Below are positions 45,344-60,056 of a stretch of 64,000 bases of DNA, piece by piece. The position numbers were made by a program, and so were the translations under genes. Source of the stretch: the human T2T-CHM13v2.0 reference genome, Homo sapiens. Location of the stretch: assembly GCF_009914755.1 (NCBI RefSeq), contig NC_060925.1; one strand, given 5' to 3'. The notes below the pieces were generated by a model. It saw only the letters and a list, made by a program, of their open reading frames with translations. It made no database searches and was not told the DNA's origin. Position 1 is the stretch's first letter, and the number at the start of each line of letters is the position of its first letter.

Positions 45344-46243
45344 GGAGGAGCCAAGATGGCCGAATAGGAACAGCTCCGGTCTACAGCTCCCAGCGTGAGC
45401 GACGCAGAAGACGGGTGATTTCTGCATTTCCATCTGAGGTACCGGGTTCATCTCACTAGGGAGTGCCAGACAGTGGGCGCAGGTCAGTGGGTGCACGCAC
45501 CGTGCACGAGCCCTGCTTGGGCGAGGCATTGCCTCACTCGGGAAGCGCAAGGGGTCAGGGAGTTCCCTTTCCTAGTCAAAGAAAGGGGAGACAGACGGCA
45601 TCTGGAAAATTGGGTCACTCCCACCCGAATACTGCGCTTTTCCGACAGGCTTAAAAAATGGCGCACCAGGAGATTATATCCCGCACATGGCTCGGAGGGT
45701 CCTACGCCCACGGAGTCTTGCTGATTGCTAGCACAGCAGTCTGAGATCAAACTGCAAGGTGGCAGCCAGGCTGGGGGAGGGGCGCCCGCCATTGCCCAGG
45801 CTTGCTTAGGTAAACAAAGCAGCCAGGAAGCTCAAACTGGGTGGAGCCCACCACAGCTCAAGGAGGCCTGCCTGCCTCTGTAGGCTCCACCTCTGGGGGC
45901 AGGGCACAGACAAACAAAAAGCAGTAACCTCTGCAGACTTAAAAGTCCCTGTCTGACAGCTTTGAAGAGAACAGTGGTTCTCCCAGCACACAGCTGGAGA
46001 TCTGAGAACGGGCAGACTGCCTCCTCAAGTGGGTCCCTGACCCCTGACCCCCAAGCAGCCTAACTGGGAGGCACCCCCCAGCAGGGGCAGACTGACACCT
46101 CACACGGCTGGGTACTCCAACAGACCTGCAGCCGAGGGTCCTGTCTGTTAGAAGGAAAACTAACAAACAGAAAGGACATCCACACCAAAAACCCATCTGT
46201 ACATCACCATCATCAAAGACCAAAAGTAGATAAAACCACAAAG
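45344..46243 (+). promoter_or_regulatory. L1 5'UTR with internal sense promoter (YY1 site near the 5' end) and antisense promoter
   Basis: CAAGATGGCCG YY1 motif is intact and the region is relatively CpG-rich. Confidence 0.75.
45484..45792 (-). CDS. L1 ORF0-like antisense ORF (102 aa)
   Basis: MAGAPPPAWLPPCSLISDCCASNQQDSVGVGPSEP... matches the N-terminus of primate L1 ORF0. Expression is unknown. Confidence 0.55.
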   Translation of the reverse strand: MAGAPPPAWLPPCSLISDCCASNQQDSVGVGPSEPCAGYNLLVRHFLSLSEKRSIRVGVTQFSRCRLSPLSLTRKGNSLTPCASRVRQCLAQAGLVHGACTH

Positions 46244-47257
46244 ATGGGGAAAAAACAGAGCAGAAAAACTGGAAACTCTAAAAAGCAGAGCGCCTCTCCT
46301 CCTCCAAAGGAACACAGTTCCTCACCAGCAACGGAACAAAGCTGGACGGAGAATGACTTTGATGAGCTGAGAGAAGGCTTCAGATGATGAAATTACTCCA
46401 AGCTACAGGAGGACATTCAAACCAAAGGCAAAGAAGTTGAAAACTTTGAAAAAAATTTAGAAGAATGTATAACTAGAATAACCGGTACAGAGAAGTGCTT
46501 AAAGGAGCTGATGGAGCTGAAAACCAAGGCTCAAGAACTACGTGAAGAATGCAGAAGCCTCAGGAGCCGATGGGATCAACTGGAAGAAAGGGTATCAGCG
46601 ATGGAAGATGAAATGAATGAAACGAAGCGAGAAGGGAAGTTTAGAGAAAATAGAATAAAAAGAAACGAACAAAGCCTCGAAGAAATATGGGACTATGTGA
46701 AAAGACCAAATCTATGTCTGATTGGTGTACCTGAAAGTGACGGGGAGAATGGAACCAAGTTGGAAAACACTCTGCAGGATATTATCCAGGAGAACTTCCC
46801 CAATCTAGCAAGGCAGGCCAACATTCAGATTCAGGAAATAAAGAGAATGCCACAAAGATACTTCTCGAGAAGAGCAACTCCAAGACATATAATTGTCAGA
46901 TTCACCAAAGTTGAAATGAAGGAAAAAATGTTAAGGGCAGCCAGAGAGAAAGGTCGGGTTACCCTCAAAGGTAAGCCCATCAGACTAACAGCTGATCTCT
47001 CAGCAGAAACTCTACAAGCCAGAAGAGAGTGGGGGACAATATTCAACATTCTTAAAGAAAAGAATTTTCAACCCAGAATTTCATATCCAGCCAAACTAAG
47101 CTTCATAAGTGAAGGAGAAATAAAATCCTTTACAGACAAGCAAATGCTGAGAGATTTTGTCACCACCAGGCCTGCCCTAAAAGAGCTCCTGAAGGAAGCA
47201 ATAAACATGGAAAGGAACAACCAGTACCAGCTGCTGCAAAATCATGGCAAAATGTAA
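46244..47257 (+). pseudogene. L1 ORF1 (p40), disrupted
   Basis: ATG GGG AAA AAA CAG at 46244 with in-frame TGA TGA at 46385-46390. The downstream part is the 248-aa ORF 46511-47257. Confidence 0.9.
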
Positions 47258-47320
47258 AGAACATCAAGACTAGGAAGAAACTGCATCAACTAATGAGCAA
47301 AATAACCAGCTAACATCATA

Positions 47321-51446
<4,126 letters not shown>

Positions 51447-51999
51447 ACAATGAGAACACATGGACACAGGAAGGGGAACATCACACTCTGGGGACTGTTG
51501 TGGGGTGGGGGGAGGGGGAGGTATAGCATTGGGAGATATACGTAATGCTAGATGACGAGTTAGTGAGTGCAGCCCACCAGCATGGCACATGTATACATAT
51601 GTAGCTAACTTGCACATTGTGCACATGTACCCTAAAACTTAAGGTATAATAATAATAATAAAAAGAGATTTTAAAAATTACCATAATAATTGACCTATTA
51701 TCCTCTATGAGTCTCATCATCTGATAAAGATTTATTCTCAATTATATAAAAATCATCAGTTATTGTTAAATCAGAAACTCAGTATATGTAGACTCCTCCA
51801 GTCTCTTGGATTTACATATATAGTTTTAATTGTACAATATTATTGTAAAAGTTAATAGCCTTTCAGTGTATCTGATTTAAAATTACCACAGAGCATTGTG
51901 GGATTAAAGGAGTACTGTGTCAAGGGGGAAAAAAAAAAGTTTTCTCATCTTTTCTGTTGACACTGTGGCTGGCAGTATCTACTTTAAAATGGAAGTGAG

Positions 52000-52003
52000 A
52001 AAA
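52000..52003 (-). terminator. Pol III terminator (T4) of the tRNA-Cys gene
   Basis: TTTT on the minus strand, 9 nt after the discriminator base. Confidence 0.6.
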
Positions 52004-52012
52004 CATCCTGGA

Positions 52013-52085
52013 AGGGGGCACCCGGATTTGAACCGGGGACCTCTTGATCTGCAGTCAAATGCTCTACCACCTGAGCTATACCCCC
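52013..52085 (-). tRNA. TRC-GCA7-1: tRNA-Cys (anticodon GCA), 73 nt, intact cloverleaf
   Basis: Reverse complement GGGGGTA TA GCTC AGGTGGTA GAGC A TTTGA CTGCAGA TCAAG AGGTC CCCGG TTCAAAT CCGGG TGCCCCC T. All stems pair and the A and B boxes are intact. The locus symbol is from memory and less certain than the tRNA call. Confidence 0.95.
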
Positions 52086-52269
52086 TTTACCTGTTAAAAG
52101 CTCCCTCCTTGTCCACTTACGGTGACTCAATACATTCAAGTTCCACCCACAGGAGTTCTGGCAAGCTTTGTGTTCTAAAGCCCCACCTTCTTAATTGTCC
52201 ATCATCTGCTTTGGCTTGTCCCTTGACCACTAATAAACTGAAAGGGAACACTTGAAAAATGACATCCTG

Positions 52270-52452
52270 GGCTGGGCACGATGGCTCACGCTTGTGATCC
52301 CAGCGCTTTGGGAGGCTAAGGTGAGGTCAGGAGTTTGAGATCGGCCTGACTGACATGGTGAAACCCCGTCTCCGCTAAAAATACAAAAAAAATTAGCTGG
52401 GCGTGGTGGTGGGCACCTGTAATCCCAGCTACTAGGGAGGCTGAGGCAGGAG
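52270..52452 (+). mobile_element. AluS, 3'-truncated at GGCAGGAG, small internal deletion in the left arm
   Basis: Left arm, A-rich linker and partial right arm, then an abrupt A-tract. Confidence 0.85.
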
Positions 52453-52769
52453 AAAAAAAAAAAGTAGTCAATCTTTGAAACTACTCACTCTATGAAATGC
52501 TTTTTGCTTAAATTTGACTTGTTTAATGCAGTTCATGAGTTTGTGCTTCAAAACCATTGAACTTAAAAGTAATTTCTAGAAAACAACCCCATTTGTAGGT
52601 GGGAGACTGTGCCTGTCATAACCACACCGTTAAATCACCTGGTAATTGCTAAATTCCATGGATATTTTAGGTACCTGTTTTATTATCTTTGATGATAATA
52701 GACTGTTTCTGTCTTAGAACAACTTCTTCTTCACCCTGTTCTTCCTCTTCCTCCTCCTCTTTTCTTCTT

Positions 52770-53226
52770 TTCCTCTTCCTTTTTTTTTTTTTTGAGACAG
52801 AGCCTTGCTCTGTCGCCCAGGTTGGAGTGCAGTGGCACAATCTCAGCTCACTGCATGCAACCTCCGCTTTCCGGATTCAAGCAGTTCTCATACCTCACCC
52901 TCCCGAGTAGCTGAGACTACAGGAGTGCGCCACCATGCCTGGCTAATTTTTTTGTATTTTTGGTAGAGACAGGTTTTCAGCATGTTGGTCAGGCTGGTCT
53001 CAAACTCTGACCTCAAATGATCTGTCTGCCTTGGCCTCCCAAAATGTCTTAAGTGTCTTCTTTTTTTTCTTTTTTTTAAGAGACAGGGTCTCACTCTCTT
53101 TCCCAGGCTGGAGTGCAGTGGCAACGATCATAGCTCACTGCATCCTCGAACTCCTGGCCCCAAGGGATCCTCCCACTTTGGCCTCCCAAAGCACTGAGAT
53201 TGCAGGCGTGAGACACCTCACCTGGC
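52770..53226 (-). mobile_element. AluS (~52770-53045) followed by an Alu monomer/fragment (~53060-53226)
   Basis: Two adjacent minus-strand Alu sequences. Confidence 0.75.
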
Positions 53227-55390
53227 TTGTCTGAGAACATCTTTTAAAAAAATCCCTTCTCTTGGGTTTTCTGTTACCCATATGTCTACTCAATTTGGTT
53301 GTCTCAGCTTTGTTGTTGTAATGCAAAAGCAGCCATAGACAATACATGCATGAATGAGTGTAGTGCATTCCAATAAAATTTTGTTTTAAAAATAGGTAGT
53401 GGGACATAGTTTGTTTACCTGTAATCTTCCTAGCTTAGTTCATCCTTACTGTTCTTCTGAAGCAACTCTTCTTCCTTCCCTGTTAAATTTGTGTTTGTAG
53501 ATGGTCTTTAGCTACCTTTCATTTCATACTTCTTCAGTAGCCTCATTCACATTCATTATTTTAACCATCTCTGGTGTTGGCATCAGATTTGAGGAAGGTT
53601 TTGGCTTTGTCACTTACTGGCTGTTTGACTGTGGGCAAGTCACTTAATGTGTCTGAGTCCTGTAAAGTCAGGCTAATAATATCTGCTTGCAGTTGTTGTA
53701 AGCATAAGATTATATATAAAGAGTTTAGCATTAAGATTGGCAAGTAATACATGGATGACAAATGGTAATGTCAAGTAATACATGTATGACAAATGGTAAC
53801 TCCTTGTTTCTGTTATTGTCTTTACAAATGTTTACCCTCATATCTGCATCGTGATCCCAGAAGTTTCTTTAGAGTTCTAGTTTTTACTATATATCTCTAC
53901 TGGGCATTTTTATTTAACTCTTCTATAGTGTCAGTTAAGAAGCATTCAGCTTCACGTAATAGAGTCATTTTATACAACAAATTTGGAAACGGCATTCTAG
54001 AGCTCAGTGATGAAGTTAGGGCATTTTCGTACATCTCTTGGTCTTTCCCCTTATGGTTTCAAGATATTACGGTAGCTTCCAGCAGCCTGTCCTCCCACAT
54101 CTGTATACAAAACAATTTTATAAAGTAGTCACAAGACAGGGCTTCTCTTTGTGTATTTTTTCCTTTTTATTATAAAAATTATTGTTTTTAACAAAGTTAA
54201 TTAGGAAATAGAATCTGTAGGGATTGAACATGTTAAGGTGGGAGAAAGTGTAGGATGATTGTCAAATTTTTGGCTTAAATGTCTAAATTCTAGATGGATG
54301 GTAGTGCCACTAATGTAAGAAAAGAGGTATGTAAAAGAAGATTAAAAAGTAGATAAATTTCATTTTAGACTTGTTGAATAGAGGTACCTGGGGCAGATGG
54401 ACTGCCTATGCAACTGCCACTCCTCCTCCTATAGAAGCTTTATTGAGGTATAATTCATATGCCATAAGATTCATTTGCTAAAGTCTACACTTGAGTGTTC
54501 TTTTAGTGTATTTACAGAGTTGTGCAACCATAACCACAATTGAATTTTAGAATATTTTCATCATCCCAAAAAGAAAACCCTGTACCCATTAGCAGTCATT
54601 TCCTCCTCCTCCATGTGCTAGCAACTGTTATCTATTTTCTGTATCTGAATTTGCCTATTCTAGTGAATTATTCTGTTGATCATGTTTTCCCCTTCTTCCT
54701 TTTTGAGTTCTTTTGTAGAAAGGACTGTAGGTCATGCCCAATTACTAGTTTGCTAACCATGACTCGTCCCATTCTTTCTGTCAGTCTAGTATCTGAAATA
54801 ATTAATTTATAGCAGATAGTAGCTTTGCTGATATTTGGGTGAATTAGTAAATCATTCATAACAGTGAGTTTTGTTAGTGTTTGGGTAACCAGGATTAATA
54901 ACCACTGGTCAAGAGTATTTATTCAGAGTTCCTTCATATGACTTTAGAAGGGTCTCTGCTTCGTTCCCCTCTTACTTTTCACCTTACTACTTGCAATTCT
55001 CTAGCTCATATTTGATGTTCCAGCAACATTGAACCCACTTACAGTTCTTAAATGCTCTGTTTTTCCCCACTTCTTTGTCTTTGCTCATTAGATCTTCTCT
55101 AATGAGCAGAATCCTCCCCCAGGGGTTTCCAGTTGCCCAATTCCTGTTTATCTCTTTAGGCTTAGTCAGCAAATCAGAAATTTTAGCTTTTTACCCCTGG
55201 GGAACCCTCTTTACAGAGCCCTCTATTGTTCTTACCATATTATGTTATGTAAGAGTGTCTATATATTTGATTTCTCTAGACCAGAGATCTCTGAACTTTT
55301 TATTGCTCACCTGTAAAAAATGTTTGAGCATATGACTGCACAGTTTGTAAATTATGTACATGTATTAGTGTAGTGACATATTAAATATCA

Positions 55391-55650
<260 letters not shown>

Positions 55651-56505
55651 AGAGTGAGTGAAGTGCTAATGCTTTCATCTTGTCCCTAACTTTATAATCA
55701 GTGGCAACTATGGGTTTCTTGATGGTAGGAACTCAATACATGTTGATCTGAACTCTTTTCTCAGTGTCTTGCCTGTTCTTTTTCCACCCCTCACTGGGTG
55801 TTAGGTCTTCCTTTTCTTTGTGTATCTTTATCATAGCACTTACCATGCAGTATATTACAATTATTGGTATATACTTGTCTCCTTTCAATAGAGTATAAGT
55901 CTCCTGCTCATGGGTCCTCTTTTATTTATGATGCTCCTAGTAGTTTGCATGGTGCTTAGCACATAATAGACAATTTGTAGAATGAATAAATTGATTCAAG
56001 TGGCATTAATTGATACTAATCTGAGAATAATTAAGACAGTGATTCTTTTATAGTATTGAAAGATAGTATGGCCACTTACTTTAAAACTGCTTATAGTTTT
56101 AAGCAGTGCATCTCAAATTGTTTGCGATGATGGACCAGTTTTAGTTTCCAATCCATTGTGTACTGATGCTTTTGTAAACAATAAAAATTAAATACTAGAA
56201 ACATGACATAAAAGAGACATAGAAAATATAGGCCCTAATTTTTAATTATTAGATTCAAAAGAAATACAATTATTCCCAACTTCTGTACTTATCTCATTGT
56301 AGATTATTACCAAAGAGTCTATGGACCCTTGCTGGACCCAGGTTGACCATACTTTGAGACTCAGGGTATAAAGCACTTTATATCATTTATTTCTCGTAAC
56401 TGTATGGGGTAGGTACTGTTTGCACCATTTATAGGAAATGAGGGGACAGAGAAGTTAGGCAAATTGTCCAAGGTCACATAGGTACTACATAAAAGCCAGG
56501 ATTCA

Positions 56506-56825
56506 GGTTGGGCATGGTGGCTCATCCCAGCACTTTGGGAGGCTGAGGCAGGTGGATCACCTGAGGTCAGGGGTCGAGACCAGCCTGGCCAATGTGGTGA
56601 AACCCTATCTCTACTAAAAATACAAAAATCAGCTGGGTGTGGTGGCATGCACCTGTAATCCCAGCTATTTAGGAGGCTGAGGCTGGAGAATCGCCTGAAC
56701 CCCGGAGGCAGAGGTTTCAGTGGGCTGAGATCGCCCCACTGCACTCCAGCCTGGGCGACACAGTGAGACTCCATCTCAATAAACCAACCAACCAACGAAC
56801 CAACCAACCAACCAACAAACCAGCC
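56506..56825 (+). mobile_element. AluS with an (AACC)n tail
   Basis: CCAGGATTCA on both flanks. Confidence 0.85.
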
Positions 56826-57199
56826 AACCAGGATTCAAACAAAGGTAGTCCATTCTGGCTCCAAAGTCCATATGCTAGTCTCTTTCTGATTTTGAAAAGA
56901 TGAAATAAGGTAGCATTCTACTATAAGAATGTTAAGAACAGACATGGATGAAGGCAAAAAACAGTTACAAGTCAGAATATAATTCATTTGTCTAGAAAAG
57001 AGAAGGGTAAGGAGTCACATAATGATTTGCATGTAAAAGTGGAGTTATGGAGATGGTGACAAACTGTTCTTTTATTCCTTGAGTCAGCATCTGCTTACAT
57101 TTTACCTTAGTATTAAAGTCCTCAATTTGTGAAAAAAAAGCGATGGTATTTCTTTGAAATGTTTCTTTTTGCCCTGACTCAGTTTCACATACTGAGTGT

Positions 57200-57508
57200 A
57201 ATTGTTCCTGAGGGGGATTGGTTCCCAGACCCATGAATACCAAAATCCAAAGATGCTCTCAGTCCCTCATATAAAATAGCATAACATTTGCCTATAACCT
57301 ACCCACATCCTCCCCATACTTTAAATCATCTCTAGATTATTTAGAATGCCTAATACAGTGTAAATGCTATGTAAATACTTGTTAGGCTCTATTGGTTTTT
57401 TAATTTGTATTACTTTTTATAGCTCCATTGTTATTTACTTACTTGAATATTTTTGACCCGTCGTTGAATCTGTGGTTGTGGAACCCTGGAATACAGAGGG
57501 CCAATTGT
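57200..57508. mobile_element. MER2-like (Tigger-family) DNA transposon
   Basis: GGGGGATTGGTTCC..ATACCAAAATCC..CTTTAAATCATCTCTAGATTA..ATACAGAGGGCCAATTG. Confidence 0.75.
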
Positions 57509-57813
57509 ACTTTGTTTCTTCTATTCTTCCTCTTAACTATTTTCTTATTTGATAGTAACATCAACCAAATTGTTGTGATTCCATTCATATGAAAATACAG
57601 AAATAACCTTTCTTTCTCCAGGTATCAGTATTTTAAGAACAAATTGTAAGTAATGATTACATATTATGATGCTAATGGAGTAGAGATCATATTGCTGTCT
57701 TAATTGTTTTATATCATAAAATTCATGATTGAATGAAATTGAAAACTTAGACTATTTCAATTGTAACAATAGTTGAAATTTTTAATAAACTTTAAAAAAT
57801 CTTCTTCCTATAG

Positions 57814-57867
57814 AAATCTGGTTAAGAAGTACTGCCCCAAACGTTCATCCAAAGATGAAGAGCCACG
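57814..57867 (+). CDS. FNBP1L: FNBP1L coding exon (probably exon 3), (R)NLVKKYCPKRSSKDEEP(R)
   Basis: Acceptor cttcttcctatAG and donor GTAAAT. 54 nt, phase 2 to 2, in frame with the previous exon. Confidence 0.95.
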
Positions 57868-59076
57868 GTAAATTACATACCTGTTCATTAATGCATATTA
57901 AAAAATTTAAAAATACTTATATTTTTATTATTTAGTAAGATATATTCTTAGCTTTTTATAAAGATTTTATAAAGTTTAATTTAAAAATTAATGTTTATGA
58001 AAGAAGGAACTACTGTTTATCTTTTATGAGGATAAATACTGTAGTGGGCTTGATCAACAGTTTTCTAGAATAGTCAAATACAGATTTTCAATTAAAATGT
58101 AGACTAGGACTCCACTTGAATGATTTAGTCTGCAGAAGAAAAGGATATTTTTCATACTTGGTTGTGTAGTTGTTGGCTTCGTAGATTCTTGCTTTTACTC
58201 TTATAGATAGTAAAACAATTTGACTGATTGGTATAAAGGGATGTTGAAAAGCACTGAGAGTTTTTGCATTAGAAATAAATTAAAAGGTTAGAAATCACTT
58301 ATGAGTTTTTTTTGTGGTCTTAAAGAGGAATATGTGGATGACTGTTTAGATGGAGAAACAAGAGGAGACTCGACTTAAACAAACAACTCTGTATATAATT
58401 GTCAGTTGTTAGGATTCTCAGGTTTAGTGTTAATGGAGTCCTATCTGAGCTGTTAATCTTCATCTGTAAGAGAGTGTTCCGCAGTATGTTCAAAGTAGAT
58501 ATATACATTAATACAGTGATTCTCTTTGTTTCTCTCCTTCCCTCACACACGTTTTTACCCTTATTTTTGACCCTTTACCCGCTTTGGTGTCAACTATAAT
58601 GGCACTTCACTTCCATTCAGGATATGGGCAGGCATACAGGCAGCTGTGTCCAGAGCTGATAGCAAAATTGTTCTGTAGATCAGCCATCGAGATGCATTTG
58701 GCAAGCACATCATCTCTGCAACAGGTTCAGCTACCAAGCCTAGGAATCCAACCAAGTTCATTCCCAAGCTCAGGCCAGTCAGTTGGCAACTTAAGAGATT
58801 CCAGTATGCCAAAAGAGCCTGCAGGTAGTATTCTTATTATTTTTTGACCCCAAATATCCCTTTACTAATAAATGAAAGACTACTTGAAGATATACAAACA
58901 TGTATGACTTGAGCTTAATGCAGGATTTTTTTCCATATGAAGTTAATTTAGAACTAGTAGCTGAGATTTAGGTTGAATATGCTAAAATTTGCGAAATGTT
59001 AGATTCAGTCCATACCTCACCAACATTTGTAATGAAAATAAAAGTAAGTCTCACCATTTTGAAATGTTTTTGCCAG

Positions 59077-59224
59077 GTTTACCTCGTGTGTAGCCTTTTT
59101 TAATATCCTTAATGAGTTAAATGACTATGCAGGACAGCGAGAAGTTGTAGCAGAAGAAATGGCGCACAGAGTGTATGGTGAATTAATGAGATATGCTCAT
59201 GATCTGAAAACTGAAAGAAAAATG
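59077..59224 (+). CDS. FNBP1L: FNBP1L coding exon (probably exon 4), (R)FTSCVAFFNILNELNDYAGQREVVAEEMAHRVYGELMRYAHDLKTERKM
   Basis: Acceptor tttttgccAG and donor GTAATT. 148 nt, phase 2 to 0. Contains the F-BAR motif NELNDYAGQRE. Confidence 0.96.
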
Positions 59225-59397
59225 GTAATTCTTACAATTTTCATCCAATTGCAATAGTATATGAAATAGTCACACAGAAACACTTTGTTTTCTTTAAAAT
59301 GTGTGTTCAGCATAAACTGGTTTTTCTATTTCACTACATTTCTTCTAGCTAAAAATTATCACAAAATACTCTTGCTAATTTATGATCCTTTTGGATT

Positions 59398-59720
59398 TAA
59401 GTTTGGCAAACTACAGCCTATGGGCCAGACCCAACCAACTGCTTGGTTTTGTTTGCTAGTTGCCACAGGCTAAGAATGATTTTTATATTTTTAGATGGTT
59501 GAAAAAAGAATAATATTTCATGACATTGACAATTATATGAAATTTTATTTTTAATGTCCATACATAAAATTTTATTGGAACAGACCCACATTCATTGACT
59601 TTTATATTGCCTGTGGCTGCTTTTGCATCACACTAGCAGAGTTGAGTGTCACAGAGACTGTGTGGCTTAAAAAGCCTGCAATATTTATCTGACCTTGTAT
59701 AAAAAATGTTTGTCATCTAC
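59398..59720 (+). mobile_element. MER58-like hAT MITE
   Basis: TTGGCAAACTACAGCC..AAAATTTTATTGGAACA..GCAGAGTTGAGT. Confidence 0.65.
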
Positions 59721-59993
59721 TATTCAAGACAATCATTATTTTTCTGGAAATTGTATCTGTTTTCAAGGTTATATGTAAAGTGTTAAGACAATATCCTATA
59801 AAATGCATTTTTAGGAAGTTTTGCATTACTTTCTTCCTAAGTCTTGGTAAAGTTATATAATTAGTACCTTGAAAAAAATAAAGTGAAAAGCCTTTTGGGG
59901 ACTTTAGACTTTAGTGTTTAAATGTAATTATTTTTATTTGTTTTTGTTTTATTTTTTATTTTTATTTTTTTTGGCCGTGGTTATAATCTTCAG

Positions 59994-60056
59994 CATCTGC
60001 AAGAAGGACGAAAAGCTCAACAATATCTTGACATGTGCTGGAAACAGATGGATAAT
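59994..60056 (+). CDS. FNBP1L: FNBP1L coding exon (probably exon 5), HLQEGRKAQQYLDMCWKQMDN
   Basis: T-rich tract, acceptor tcttcAG and donor GTGAGT. 63 nt, phase 0 to 0, continues the frame. Confidence 0.95.

Larger units (their letters stand above)
51665..52463 (+). other. Putative L1 3'-transduced segment (unique DNA + tRNA-Cys + truncated Alu + poly(A))
   Basis: The L1 5' flank AAAATGTAGTCAATC (45329-45343) recurs as AAAAAGTAGTCAATC (52459-52473) right after an A11 tract. Confidence 0.8.

Noticed and set aside
52009-52013. Encoded CCA after the tRNA, which would imply a mature-tRNA retrocopy
   Set aside because: The minus strand reads CCCCCT-T-CCA, so CCA is offset by one base. There is no poly(A) there and a T4 terminator follows.
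51917-52255. 112-aa ORF across the tRNA
   Set aside because: Antisense read of the tRNA with a non-ATG start and no coding features.
51929-52465. A10-GT direct repeat flanking tRNA + Alu, read as the TSD of an independent small insertion
   Set aside because: Low-complexity match. The more specific GTAGTCAATC repeat ties the segment to the L1 instead.
53741-53799. 31-bp tandem duplication (a similar one lies at ~40010-40070)
   Set aside because: Ordinary two-copy slippage duplications, not an array or CRISPR-like structure.
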